Below are positions 1-12,822 of a stretch of 64,000 bases of DNA, one piece after another. The stretch spans positions 69,502,401 through 69,566,400 of the forward strand of contig NC_057719.1 of assembly GCF_004010195.1 (NCBI RefSeq). Direction: 5' to 3'. The position numbers and the translations under genes are program-made. Under the pieces are notes generated by a model. It was not told where the DNA came from. It searched no databases and saw nothing but the letters and a program-made list of their open reading frames with translations. The DNA is from Chiloscyllium plagiosum. Taxonomy: Eukaryota. Position 1 is the stretch's first letter. The number at the start of each line of letters is the position of its first letter.

Positions 1-390
1 AGCAATTAATTATGGTAAATCATTTAATCAGATGCAAAGAACTCACATAGCGTAACTAAGTTTACTTTAAGATAACCTACTCAAAATCAGACATGGTTAA
101 AAATCACATCTCATGCCCTAAACTTTTAATCAAATTGAACGAACAAACATTTGGCAAACTCATTGTCAGGAAATTGAAACAGCCTACTTGTAAAAATATA
201 ATTTCAGAAATTCAGATAGAACAAAAATTCGGAGAAAGTACGTTGTATCACCAATGAAAAAGCTACTTGAGGCAAGGTACAGAAACACATCCAAAAGTGC
301 TTCAAATGATATTCCATCAAGTTTTCAAGAAGAAATTGAATTGGAATAGAAAATTAAGCTGAAACTTCTGATACAGTGCAAAGCTAAACA

Positions 391-1397
391 GAGTCATAGA
401 GATGTACAGCATGGAAACAGAACCTTCGGTCCAACTCGTCCACGCCGACCAGATATCCCAACCCAATCTAGTCCCACCTGTCAGTACCCGGCCAATATCC
501 CTCCAAACCCTTCCTATTCATATACCCATCCAAATGCCTCTTAAATATTGCAATTGTACCAGCCTCCACCACATCCTCTGGCAGCTCATTCCATACACGT
601 ACCACCCTCTGCGTGAAAAAGTTGCCCCGTAGGTCTCTTTTATATCTTTCCCCTCTCACCCTAAACCTATGCCCTCTAGTTCTGGACTCCCCAACCCCAG
701 GGAAAAGACTTTGCCCTTTATAATTTTGTAAACCTCTATAATTTTGTAAACCCCTCAGCCTCCAAAGCTCCAGGGAAAAACAGCCCCAGCCAATTCAGCC
801 TCTTCCTATAGCTCAAATCCTCCAAACCTGGCAACATCCTTGTAAATCTTTTCTGAACCCTTTCAAGTTTCACAACATATTTCAGATAGGAAGGAGACCA
901 GAAGTGCATGTAATATTCCAACAGAGACCTAACCTATGTCGTGTACAGCCACAACATGACCTCCCAACTCCTGCACTCAATGCTCTGACCAATAAAGGAA
1001 AGCATACCAAACGCCTTCTTCACTATCCTATCTACCTGCGACTCCACTTTCAAGGAGCTATGAACCTGCATTCCAATGTCTTTGTTCAGCAACACTCCCC
1101 AGGACCTTACCATTAAGTGTATAAGTCCTGCTAAGATTTGCTTTCCCAAAATGCAGCACCTCGCATTTATCTGAATTAAACTCCATCTGCCACTTCTCAG
1201 CCCATTGGCCCATCTGGTCCAGATCCTGTTGTAATCTGCGGTAACCCTCTTCGCTGTCCACAACACCTCCAATTTTGGTGTCATCTGCAAACTTACTAAC
1301 TGTACCTCTTATGCTCACATCCAAATCATTTATGTAAATGACAAAAAGTAGAGGTCCCAGCACCGATCCTTGTGGCACTCCACTGGTCACAGGCCAA
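391..1397 (-). mobile_element. CR1-clade LINE, 5'-truncated: RT C-terminal part and 3' UTR
   Basis: Minus-strand ORFs give [24 protein letters not shown]...KFADDTK and FFTQRVVRVWNELP; 3' tail CTCTATGACTC at about 391-401; frameshifts and stops. Confidence 0.93.
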
Positions 1398-1593
1398 TTC
1401 AAACAGGATCTTTGAACCAAGTATACTGCTCTTTTGAATAATATTCAAGTGCAACAAAATATCCTTCTACTGATTTCTTTGAGCACAATGTGCTTGAAGA
1501 CTTGTTTTTAAATTGAATTCATTGGTGATACTCAATTGTCTTTGAGAAGCTAGTGGCAAGTTGCTTTCTTAATCCATTGCAGTAAAGAGGCTT

Positions 1594-1856
1594 GCAGCGT
1601 GGTGGTTCAGTAGTTAGCAATGCAGCCTCACAGCACCAGTTTCAATTCCAGACTCGGGCAACTGTTTGTGTAGAGTTTGCACATTCTGTGTCAGCCTAGG
1701 TTTCCTCCCACAGCCCAAGGATGTGTAGGCTAGGTGGATTAGCCAATGGAAATGCAAGACTACAAGAATATGGGAGGGGGATGGGATGCTCTGGAGAAAT
1801 CAGGTGTGGACTCGATGGGCCAAATGGTCTGCTTCCACACTGTCGGGATTCAATGC
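1594..1856 (+). mobile_element. HE1/V-SINE-like tRNA-derived SINE, diverged
   Basis: A-box-like GTGGTTCAGTAGTTAGC, B-box-like GTTTCAATTCC, V-domain-like GTAGAGTTTGCACATTCT; similar to the better copy at 51069. Confidence 0.75.
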
Positions 1857-2495
1857 TTCGACTTGGTGCAGATATACCCAGAGTGCCGATATCAGGTTAG
1901 CAGTGTTAAAGTACATTCCGCCTTTAGCTTTCATTTTAATACTAATTTGCTATGCTGTTATCAATAATGATTTGGTGAGTTCAACTGTATTGTGGACTCA
2001 AATGGGGGAAGTTGTAAAAGGATATTCATTTTGCCAAGATGTCTAGAAACATTTTGAATTCTCAGTTCTATGGAAGGCAACATTTGAGCTGGTGCTGATG
2101 TCTCAAAGATTATTTTGTTCCTGAGAGAGGTTACCAATGAAGGATCATATTAACAAAAATAAAAGTAACAAAAAGAATGGCAGAGTCTAGCACAAGGAAA
2201 CAAAAATTATTGGTTGGACATAAAAAGGGACATTACTGGAAATACAAAGGGACAAATCTTGATTTCTACAGAAACTATTTTGCAATCTTTTCAACAGTTT
2301 CCATCACAGACAGCAAGCAGACATTGGTTAAAAAAAAAGATCACATGACTGAGTCAAAGCAAGTGGAAAATTAATCAATGACTCACCATTCTTAGACAAG
2401 AGTGCAACCATACAGGAACTTACCAATATTAAGAATACTGCAACCTGTTACTCTATATGGTACTTCTAGAAGGGAAGACATGCAGCAAGGAGCTA

Positions 2496-2531
2496 ATTCC
2501 TGAAGAAGGGCTTATGCCCGAAACGTCGATT
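2496..2531 (+). ncRNA. Minimal hammerhead ribozyme motif (PLE type), core intact
   Basis: ATTC CTGAAGA A GGGC-TTAT-GCCC GAAAC GTC GATT; helix I has one U-U mismatch. Confidence 0.8.
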
Positions 2532-2625
2532 CTCCTGTTCCTTGGATGCTGCCTGACCTGCTGCGCTTTTCCAGCAACAATTTTCAGCTCTGATTTCCAG
2601 CATCTGCAGCCCTCACTTTCTCCAA
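2497..2625 (+). mobile_element. Short solo Penelope-like terminal unit, headed by a hammerhead motif, with 11-bp TSD
   Basis: Matches the 3' end of the PLE at 22360-22495; flanked by CAAGGAGCTAA at 2486-2496 and 2626-2636. Confidence 0.88.
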
Positions 2626-2845
2626 CAAGGAGCTAACAAAAGCTCAAGATGCTTCGTTTAAACATTGAATAAAATCCAAACAGTTGTAAAAAGTGGATAT
2701 AAGTGGGACTTTTGGATAAGGAATGTTCATGGTAGTTCTGAAAAGAGACAGCTAACATTTCACATAAAAATAAATTGTTTTCTATCAGTGAGGGCTAGAA
2801 ACTACTGCATGATCAAGGCAGAAAGGGAAGGAGATCAAGAAACAG

Positions 2846-3450
2846 GAGATAGAGTTGTACAACACGGTAACAGACCCCTAAAAAAAAAAAGTCCAACTCG
2901 TCCATGCTGACCAGATATCCTAAATTAATCTAGTCTAATTTGCTATTCATGTACACATTCAGATGCCTTTAAATTGTAGCAGCCTCCACCACTTCCTTCC
3001 ATACACACATCAGCCTCTGCGTAAAAAGGACGCCCCTTAGGTTCCTTTTATTTTTCCCCCTCTCACCTTACTGCCCCACCTTGGAAAAACAACGTTTGCT
3101 ATTCACCCTACTCATGCCTCTGATGCTCCAGGGAAAATAGCCTCTCCCTATAGCTCAAATTTTCCAACTCCAGCAACATCCTGGTAAATCTTTTCTGCAC
3201 CCTTTCAAGTTTAACATCTTTCCTAGAGCTGGGAGACCAGATGTGAACACAGCATCCCAGAAATGGCCTAACCACTTTCAAGGAACTACAAACCTGCACC
3301 CCAAGTTCTTTGTTCAGCCAATCTAATCAAGGTCCTGTTGTACTCAGAACCTTCTTCAGTAACCACTACACTAATTTTGGTGCCATCTGCAAACTTACTA
3401 ATCATTCCTCAACATGCACAAAGCCATGTTGACTATCCAAAATCAGTTTG
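2846..3450 (-). mobile_element. CR1 LINE 3' fragment, internally deleted
   Basis: ORF 3108-3299 WSPSSRKDVKLERVQKRFTRML; 3' UTR similar to the 391-600 copy. Confidence 0.85.
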
Positions 3451-4328
3451 TGCCTTTTCAAAGAAGCAACGAAGTGAGTAATATTTTGAACTGGAGCTTG
3501 AAGCATACAGGGAGGAAAATGAGTGAGTTAGAATATTTCACAAGAAATTGGGAATGAGGATGTTCAGGGCCCAAGCAAATGAACGCAGATGGAAGCAAGG
3601 TTTCATTGGACAAGGGCAAAGTCTAAGTAATTATAATAGAATCTTGAACGACTATGGATCTGTCTTCCAGAAAGTGGCGTTGATTTGTAGTGTTCTATGT
3701 TCTACATTCAACTTTAACTTTTAAACAAGTTGAAAATTAGGCTCAGGACTTTGACCTATTGATGGGAGCAATTACAAAAATCTGCAAGAAGCTAGGAGTG
3801 ACATTTGATAAAAGGAGCTAGCAGGAGCACTGTACTCTGTCATTGAGATGAAGGAAGCAGCTTTTGGTTGGCTTTTTACAGAATAATCCAGTCAGTCCCA
3901 ATTCTCCCACTCTATCTCCCTAGCTCTTCAACTTTACTTCCACTAACTGCTTCAAATTTCTTTTGAAATAACCTGTCTCCTCTTCATGCAATCTTGTAGA
4001 CACCACACACTCTGCACTTTTTTTAAAGGACCTTCCTAAAATGCAATATCCAGAACTGGACACGAAATTCTGGTTGCAACCTAACCAGAATAATATGAAA
4101 TCTGAAATGGTTTGGCAACTCTATCTTATGGTCAGAATTCTTGCTAAACTAAAGTCACAACATATATTCACTTTGAACAAGATTGGAGATTTATTTCCCC
4201 CAATCTACATGATTCCATGCCATCCTTTTGTCCTTTATAAATGCTTACTGCCTAAACTGATCTTAGATTTAATTGTTTTTAAAATATAAATTTCACCAGA
4301 TTCACAGCAGAATCTTTCTCAAGTTTAC

Positions 4329-4624
4329 TGCCACTGATCCAGAATGAGAAACAGCAGCTCAGTCACATCAGCATGGAAGACACAGCAGGAAGGACATTTG
4401 TTCAACAAACATCACACTTGTGCAAAAAGCCAATGTTGATTTTAGAAAAGTCATAAACACAATTGTAGAATTCAACTAGTGTAGTATTTTTATTTGGGAA
4501 AAAATGTGTTCCATTACTAGTCGCAGCTTGCAGAAGAAGCCCATAGTGATTTTTCCATTGAAAGTGGTATAGCTGTCTTCATGCAATGAATTATCTGCTG
4601 TCCTGACAGCTCAACATCAAATAC
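4329..4624 (-). other. Candidate non-coding exon of the minus-strand transcript
   Basis: Acceptor tgcatcatttttcag|GT at 4625/4624; possible weak donor GCA|GTAAAC at 4329/4328; non-repetitive sequence; all frames closed. Confidence 0.3.
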
Positions 4625-5664
4625 CTGAAAAATGATGCAAGCCCCAAAGATACCACCATTACAATTAACAATCCCATACAATACCATACCAAGTGACCTT
4701 TGCCTCCAACAAGGAAACATCTGTTGTTCTGATTTTAATCTGTGGAGTTCGAGGCAAGAATACCCACATCTGTAACTGAAAAACAGCCTCAAACACAAAT
4801 GAGTTTTGTCATCATATTGTGGTGGTGAAGTGCCTAGATAGAATATTTCTAATCATTTAATAGTTAAACACAAACAGGATAGATCGGAGTTTCAGTTTGC
4901 TGAAACCACTCTGACTGCAGGCCAGAGATAAAGAAACAACACAGTCCTAAAATCTGCACTGCTGGTGTATAAAATGTCAGGCCATATTACATCCCTGATA
5001 TCCAATCACAAGAAAGCTCAAAATATTGTACTGCACCCAATTCTAAGATTGCTAAAACACCATCAGCAAGTTACAGCCAAAGAACATACTTTTAAAATTT
5101 ATTCTGGGATGTGAGAGTTGATAGCTAAGCCAGCATTTATTTACCATCCCCAAATGCTCTGTGAAGTGCTTTCATAAATGCATCTTTGCAGTTTTCTGGT
5201 TGTATGGCTGACAATAGAATACAACAGATCTCTTTCCCCATATTGCTACACACGCCAACAACTGTGAAGGAGATTAAAACCCAATTAGGTATTTACTAAT
5301 TTTTGGCTAATTCATGCAACAGGATCCAATCTCAGGAAAATAAACCATATCCACTGAAAACTAAAGGGAATAACAGCTGTAGAATAGCTCTTGCTTTGCT
5401 TTACCAATAATGAAATTTTTAAGAAGAAATAATTTAATGCATTAAGCATATGATGATTTCAACACCAACACTTAACTGCATATCTATTATAATCTTAATT
5501 ACAACTGTGCTTGATAAAAGCCATTATTTCTATTCAAAGGAATTTTTTGAGCAATCGCCTCAAATTTGCGACATTTTAGATTAAAATCCCCCTTCACTTT
5601 TTGAAAAGTAGAATAATATGCAAAGAGTAAAATATAAAATTTCAGAAAACCTACAGTATAAAAG

Positions 5665-5845
5665 GAAACAAACAAATACCATAATTGCTGAAGAAACTCA
5701 GCAGGTCCAGCACCATCTGTGGAAAGAAAAAAGAATTAACATGAATTCTGTTTTCTCTCTCAGATGCTGACAGATCTAGTTTCTCAATTCCCATTTTTGT
5801 TCTTTCAGATCTCCAGCATTTGTAGTTGTGTGCTTTATTAAAAAG
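5665..5845. mobile_element. Old fold-back remnant of a second PLE terminal family (family B)
   Basis: TGCTGAAGAAACTCAGCAGGTCCAGCA...TCTGTGGAAAG arm followed by the opposite-orientation CTCTCAGATGCTGACAGA...TTCAGATCTCCAGCAT; related to 52680-52788. Confidence 0.55.
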
Positions 5846-6719
5846 AAAAAACATTTGCTATGATCCCAGCTAATGGCAATATTAGACAAGCCAGAATGAG
5901 ACATTGCTCGATATATCATGAGTTTAGTTTTTGTTCAGTTGGTTAACATGATGATTAGTCACTGAAAATATTCATGTGAGTTTGTTAATGTTCCTCAGGA
6001 AAATAACCACTTACCACACAAGAGGATTAAAAAAAGTTATATATCTTGACATAAACAGAAAAACAAAGTTTCAAGCCATTTTCCAGTAATATTTTTTTAC
6101 AAATACTTAATCCCAGTTAGGTGTCACCTCGACCTTATAATTTCTCATTTAACTGATTCTTTCCAGTTTTGAGGATCTAGAATTTATTCTGATGACCTAA
6201 ACCTCTTCTATTCTGACAACCTGAAAACCTCTACTTCAACTAAAATGCTAACTCTTCTCAAGCTAAAAAAGGGCAGAGTCTCAGCCCCTGAACAACATGG
6301 GCATTGGTGAGTACAGTGCATTGCTTCCACAGTCAAGAGTAAAAGGTCCCATTTTCTAACAAAGAGTTGAATGGTGAGATGAGATTCTCACTAGTTAAAC
6401 AGTGTCGGAGGTATACTTGCATGCATTAGTGTCCTCACTATTATGTAATCTCACCTCACTAATATGCAGGCTCCCATTCTCCCAACTTCTGCATACAAAC
6501 TAAACAGCATGAATGCCAAACATGAAAGCCAGATTAGAAACCTCGCGACTCTCATATAGCAAGTGCTCCTCTCGATGCCCAGATGCCACTGACATCTCAG
6601 GACGCAACAACTGTACACACCTCTCCACCCCCCCACAGTGCCTCCAAGCTCCTAGCAAAGCAGCATGCCAATTATCCTCTGTTTGAGGCAATTAAAAGAA
6701 ACCATGTAGGCAAGCTACA

Positions 6720-7140
6720 GCTTGCCAACAGCTGACCACTTGCAGAACTGGACTTTAATGTAGATTGGTATTGTTAGAATTATGTACGGGCTTCCAAACA
6801 GTAGTCAGGAGCTGGGGTGCAAGATACACCAGGAGATAAAAAAGAATTGTAGGGAAGGCAAAGTTACAGTGATCATGGGTGATTTCAATATGTAGGTGGA
6901 CGAGGAAAATAAGTTTGGTAGTGGATTGCAAGAAACGTGTGGAATATCTACAAAATGGCCTTTTTGGAGCAGCTTGTGGCAGGGCCCACTAGGGAACAGG
7001 CAGTACCAGATTTCGTGTTGTGCAATGAGGCAGATTTATAAAGGAGCTTTAGGTGAAGGAAGCCTTAGGAGGCAGTGATCATAAATTGCAGAGTAAATTC
7101 AATCATATTGACAGGGAGAAGATATAATCAGAGGTAACGG
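6720..7140 (+). mobile_element. Decayed CR1 endonuclease-region fragment
   Basis: GTGATCATGGGTGATTTCAAT encodes VIMGDFN; TTAGGAGGCAGTGATCAT encodes LGGSDH, both APE motifs. Confidence 0.7.
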
Positions 7141-7287
7141 TATTCCTCCAGTGCTCCGATTTCCTCTCTCAATTCAAAAGATGTGCAGATCAGGGAAATT
7201 GGCCATGCTAAATTGCCTATAGTGATAGGTGCATTAGTCAGGAGTAAATGTAGAGGAATGAGTCTGGGTGGGTTACTCTTCGGTGGG
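7141..7287 (+). mobile_element. HE1/V-SINE internal part, interrupted by a PLE-bounded insertion
   Basis: AATTGGCCATGCTAAATTGCC and GTCTGGGTGGGTTACTCTTCGG match 51286-51365; the SINE resumes at about 8816. Confidence 0.75.
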
Positions 7288-7380
7288 GGAGAAAGTGAGG
7301 TCTGCAGATGCTGGAGATCAAAGTTGAAACTTTATTGCTGGAACAGCACAGCAGGTCAGGCAGCATCCAGGGAACAGGAG

Positions 7381-7416
7381 ATTCGACGTTTCGGGCACAG
7401 GCCCTTCTTCAGGAAT
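7381..7416 (-). ncRNA. Minimal hammerhead ribozyme motif, fully intact
   Basis: Reverse complement reads ATTC CTGAAGA A GGGC-CTGT-GCCC GAAAC GTC GAAT, with a perfect 4-bp helix I. Confidence 0.85.
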
Positions 7417-7631
7417 GAGCAGAGAGTGTTCAGCAGGAGAAGATAAAAGGTAGGGAGGAGGGACTTGGAGGAGGGGAGTTGGAAATGTCTTCTTCTTGAC
7501 CTCTCCGCCTCCACCCTACTCCGACCTATCACCCTCACCTTGACCTCTTTCCACCTATCACATTTCCAACGCCCCTCCTCCAAGTCCCTCCTCCCTACCT
7601 TTTATCTTCTCCTGCTGAACACTCTCTGCTC

Positions 7632-7667
7632 ATTCCTGAAGAAGGGCCTGTGCCCGAAACGTCGAAT
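7632..7667 (+). ncRNA. Minimal hammerhead ribozyme motif, fully intact
   Basis: ATTC CTGAAGA A GGGC-CTGT-GCCC GAAAC GTC GAAT. Confidence 0.85.
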
Positions 7668-8530
7668 CTCCTGTTCCCTGGATGCTGCCTGACCTGCTGT
7701 GCTGTTCCAGCAATAAAGTTTCAACTTTGATATCCAAATGAATCCAACAAGAACTGGACCAAGCATATGTGGTACTCATAATCTTCTTCATCCTAAGTAT
7801 ACGCATGATTTTACTACAACTGCTAAGTATTTCATCAGTAATATTTTCAGCAACATAACACAAAACATCGCAGATAAGAAAAACTGCAGCATATTAACAT
7901 GCCAAATTTCCCCTAAAGTAAATGCATTAAAATTCCATCAAATTTGACAATATTGTTATGTATTTGGCTTTAAGGGGTTAACACGTAGGGGGTTCCATAC
8001 AACAGCCAAGCAGGGTGAGATCAATAGTTGTGATGTTGAGAAGATATGCTCTTCTTCATTAGGGTAAATAAAACCACAGAAAGTAGACAAAATCAAACAC
8101 AAAATATTGCTGAGGAAAGGAGTGAACAAAGACAGAAATGGGAACTATTTAAATGTAAATCTATGATTCGCTCCAGTAATAATATCTAACAATATTCAAT
8201 ATCTAGGATCATACCAAAAGAGTACTTTGAAGTATTAAAGGGATTTTCTGCTATCTAGTGATCTCTGAGGCATGAAGTTTCCCTTTCTTGATATGTGCAA
8301 GATCAAGACAAACACTAGGCATACAGTAACAGTGATATCACCGCAGGGAGTTGGCAGCCAATTACACTGAAGTATTCTCAAACAGCAAATCAGAAAGTAA
8401 AATGCAGTAAAATCTTCTACTCAATTAAAATTTCCACAGAGTAAATACAAATCATCAGTGATACACATGGGATTAAAGTAGCTGAAATATCATAACTTTT
8501 TTTTAAATTTGAAAAAAACATTATTGCCAT

Positions 8531-8815
8531 GGCAGGCATAGCTGGGGCCCATGCGGGTGCCCATGGCTACTCCTTTTGTTTGGAGAAAGTGGGAGGATTG
8601 GAAAGAAAAGTTGTTCAGGGTGAGGACCAGTTCGGTCAGTCGAAGGAGGGTGTCGGTGGAAGGGTACTGGGTGGTACGGCGGGAAAGGAAGAAGCGGAGT
8701 GCTTTGAGTCCTTCGTGATGGGGGATGGAGGTGTACAGGGACTGGATGTCCATGGTGAAGATGAGGCGTTGGGGACCGGGGAAGCGGAAATCCTGGAGGA
8801 GGTGGAGGGCGTGGG
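8531..8815 (-). mobile_element. Penelope-like reverse transcriptase fragment
   Basis: MDIQSLYTSIPH...LTELVLTLNNFSF..HFLQTKGVAMGTRMGPSYAC: PLE RT motifs, homologous to 20760-20990. Confidence 0.9.
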
Positions 8816-8878
8816 TGGGTTGGTTGGGCCGAAGGGCCAGTTGCCATACTGTAGGGAGTTTAATTTAATCTAATCTAA
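8816..8878 (+). mobile_element. HE1/V-SINE 3' tail
   Basis: TTGGGCCGAAGGGCC...ACTGTAGGGA followed by a (TAATC)n tail, as at 51381-51430. Confidence 0.7.
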
Positions 8879-9639
8879 TGGAATGTGGGATGTTGGCTGT
8901 GGTGGCTAACTCAAAGACATGGATAAGAATTTCAGCAAAGTGATGGTAAAGGTGGCACAATATTAGGAATCATCAGCAGTGACCAATACAGAATGGATTC
9001 TGAATTGACCTCATATGCCTCATCTATTTCGTTATCCGTCAATGGAGTTCAATTTAGTAAATACATAATTAAGATCCTGGAAGGCACATACATGAAGTTA
9101 GATGCATTCTTGCAAATTATAATAGCTCACTGTTCCAAATAAGTGACATCTTAATTTAAAAGCAAAAGGACCTTCACAAAATGAAACTATAAAAGTTGAG
9201 ATAAAATTGACGTAAAGTCCAATTCTAAAAAAGGATTATATATCAACTTTCATTACATCTTGTAAATTTGCTCATACTTGGGAGCTAATTTCTGGATAAT
9301 TTTTTAGTTGAATCAGTCACATTTGTTAAATTCACACAATACATCTGACTACTTAAAGTAGTGCTTCTTAAAACAACAATATTTTAATATATCAAGTTCC
9401 ACATTACTTCGGTAATATGGAATTTTTTGGGATTGAGTATTGATGGCTGGAGTGGGCAAACTTGCAACTCTTAAATGGGGAGAGACTTTGAGCAAACAGG
9501 AGTTGAGCACAGGGAAGCTGAATAGGAGGCAGGGTCTCAAGCATCCTGTCCTACCTACTTGCAGGCTTTTTTTGCAGCAAAAATCAGGCCTCAAAAGTTC
9601 ATTAGGCCACACCTACGCAGCAAGAAAAAGGATGCAAGC

Positions 9640-10300
9640 TTTTAAAAAGGATCCTCACAGCAGTCAGAAGTCAGTCCAAGCTTCAAGGTGACAACTGCTG
9701 CCTCAGAGCTCAAAGCCCAAATCTCTTCTTCTGACTCGAGAATTGAAGAAACTTGATTTGAAAAGCTTGATGCCATATTTGGTCCCAGGATAATTCTCAA
9801 ATCACATAATTCATCACCAAGACCACCCAGTTTCAATTCCATAACACTGCCCAACCTCTGCCTGTGGTTTCACTTATTTGCTATTAAAATTCTTAACCAT
9901 GTCTTTGAGTTACTCTCCACTGCCAACATCCCAATCTACATTAAAATGAGCTAATCCTAAAAACGTTGTTCTGTTATAATCATGCATGCGCTTGCTAATC
10001 TACATGGGATCCTGGATTGGCAATATTTTAATTTTAACTTTTATCTTTATTTTCAAACATCACCATTGTCTTGCTCTTTTAAGATCACTCCACTTTTTCA
10101 ATTCTGGCCTTTTGCGCATCCCCAATTTGATTTGCTCCCACTGCGTTCAGCTCCCTAATATCTAAGCACTAGAATTCTCTTTCTACTTTGCTTTCACAAT
10201 TTAAAGGCATTCCTCTAACACACCTCTGACCCAGTTTTTGGTTGTATGCAAATATAAACTTACGTTTTTTTGCCAAACATTAGTTGATGAATGCGTGATA
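9640..10300 (+). mobile_element. Old L2-like LINE 3' region
   Basis: Degenerate similarity to L2 RT C-terminus (e.g. CTTGCTAATCTACATGGG = LANLHG-like; TTTATTTTCAAA) and 3' UTR; related pieces at 12825-13270. Recognised by eye only. Confidence 0.45.
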
Positions 10301-11276
10301 AAATGCAAGCTGACATTATTGCAACGAAAAACACATCAATACAAAGTAACAAACTCAAAAGTATTATGCCAAATTACCAAAGAAATTGCGAACAGAAAGT
10401 TTGCCAAAATCATTAGCAGAGAATGAAGCGAAGATGTTTTTAAAAAATGAAATTGACAATGCTCAGTAAAGTGCTGTGGAATATTCAAATCTACATACTG
10501 ACAAATGTATTTTGTCTGTAAATTATTTGTGTGGAAGCCCTGAATAGAAGAAAGCTTGATAAAACTTTAAGCAATTATAACAGTATTTCATTTAAGAACC
10601 TAAAGCATATTGCTTTTACTTTTGGTCAAAACCCTATCACACTTTCAAACAAAGCTTACATGCATTAAAGATCACTTAGGCAAGATAGATCAGTACATAG
10701 GGAAACCAGAACATGGTTTAGGGAGACAGAAAAAAAAAATCACTGCAATGCATCAGAGACCTGGAGTTACTAATTTTGCACAAACAAAGAGAACATTACA
10801 TTTCAAAAAAAGCAAAAATCTGAAATCAAGCCAGAAAATTGTGCAACAGTTCCACAGATCTGGATGCAGAGGAAAAATGAAAATTAATGTGTCTGACAGC
10901 ACAAGAAAGACACATGAATAATATCCAGTCAATTAGACCTCTACTAAAAAGGAAACTGCTACATATCCGAGAGAGATCAGGTCAGAAACAAGGATTAATG
11001 CAGCAAAGTGTCTTTCTATAAATTGTCTTAGATCTAAAAATACAGATCACCAAGAAATGTTCTTTTACTACAGTGAATCATGCAAAAAAAACATGGTTGC
11101 TGTATACAAAACTTAGCTATTTGCACCCAAGTTGCAGCATCATAGAAAACCCTCATGAATGTTGTATGGAGTTTCTTCAAAATTCACTATCACTTTGTAT
11201 TCATGGAAGATAGATGGAACCGTGCCATTCAATGCACAGAACATAATTTTCTAAAAGACCTGAAAAGTTAAGTTTA

Positions 11277-12822
11277 CTTAAGAGGGAAATTAGGAGGGCA
11301 AAAAGGGGACATGAGATAGCTTTGGCAATTAGAATTAAAAGAGAATCCAAAAGAGGTTTAAAAATTTATTAAGGACAAAAGAGTAACTCGGAAGAGAATA
11401 GGGCCCCTCAAAGATCAGCAAGGCGGCCTTTGTGTGGAGCCACAGAAAATGGGGGAAGATACTAAATGAATATTTTGCATCAGTATTTACTGTGGAAAAG
11501 GATATGGAAGATATAGACAGTAGAGAAATAGATGGTGACATCTTGCAAAATGTCCAGATTACAGAGGAGGAAGTGCTGGATGTCTTGAAACNNNNNNNNN
11601 NNNNNNNNNNNNNNNNNNNNNNNNNNNNNNNNNNNNNNNNNNNNNNNNNNNNNNNNNNNNNNNNNNNNNNNNNNNNNNNNNNNNNNNNNNNNNNNNNNNN
11701 NNNNNNNNNNNNNNNNNNNNNNNNNNNNNNNNNNNNNNNNNNNNNNNNNNNNNNNNNNNNNNNNNNNNNNNNNNNNNNNNNNNNNNNNNNNNNNNNNNNN
11801 NNNNNNNNNNNNNNNNNNNNNNNNNNNNNNNNNNNNNNNNNNNNNNNNNNNNNNNNNNNNNNNNNNNNNNNNNNNNNNNNNNNNNNNNNNNNNNNNNNNN
11901 NNNNNNNNNNNNNNNNNNNNNNNNNNNNNNNNNNNNNNNNNNNNNNNNNNNNNNNNNNNNNNNNNNNNNNNNNNNNNNNNNNNNNNNNNNNNNNNNNNTG
12001 GCAGATGGAGTTTAATTCAGATAAATGTGAGGTGCTGCATTTTGGGAAAGCAAACCTTAGCAGGACTTATACACTTAATGATAAGGTCCTAGGGAGTGTT
12101 GCTGAACAAAGACACCTTGGAGTGCAGGTTCACAGCTCCTTGAAAGTGGAGTCGCAGGTAGATAGGATAATGAAGGCGACGTTTGGTATGCTTTCCTTTA
12201 TTGGTCAGAGTATTGAGTACAGGAGTTGGGAGGTCATGTTGTGGCTGTACAGGACATTGGTTAGGCCACTATTGGAACATTGCGTGCAATTCTGGTCTCC
12301 TTCCTATCAGAAAGATGTTGTGAAACTTGAACGGGTTTAGAAAACATTTACAAGGATGCTGCCAGAGTTGGAGGATTTGAACTACAGGGAGAGGCTGAAC
12401 AGGCTGGGGCCGTTTTCCCTGGAGCGTCGGTAGCGGAGGGGTGACCTTATAGAGGTTTACAAAATTATGAGGGGCATGGATAGGATAAATAGACAAAGTA
12501 TTTTCCCTGGGGTCAGGGAGTCCAGAACTAGAGGGCATAGGTTTAGAGTGAGAGGGGAAAGATATAAAAGAGATCCGAGGGGAAACTTTTTCACGCAGAG
12601 GGTGGTACGTGTATGGAATGAGCAGCCAGAGGATGTGGTGCAAGTTGGTACAATGGCAACATTTAAGAGGCATTTGGATGGGTATATGAATAGGAAGGGT
12701 TTGGAGGGATATGGGCCGGGTGCTGGCAGGTGGGACTAGATTGGGTTGGGACATCTGGTCAGCATGGACAGGTTGGACCAAGAGGTCTGTTTCCATGCTG
12801 TACATCTCTATGACTCTATGAC
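11277..12822 (+). mobile_element. CR1 LINE, 3' half of ORF2 and 3' UTR (spans a gap)
   Basis: ILNEYFASVFT, WQMEFNSDKCEVLHFG, YRTLVRPLLEHCVQFWSP; ends in CTCTATGACTCTATGAC. Confidence 0.93.
11592..11998. other. Assembly gap (N run)
   Basis: Run of n within a CR1 copy. Confidence 0.99.

Larger units (their letters stand above)
7288..7731. mobile_element. Penelope-like 3' terminal region as a long inverted repeat (172-bp arms)
   Basis: Arms 7317-7488 and 7560-7731 are reverse complements with one mismatch; each contains a hammerhead motif. Confidence 0.9.

Noticed and set aside
718..752. Tandem duplication of TATAATTTTGTAAACC
   Set aside because: Local slippage inside a dead CR1 copy; no functional indication.
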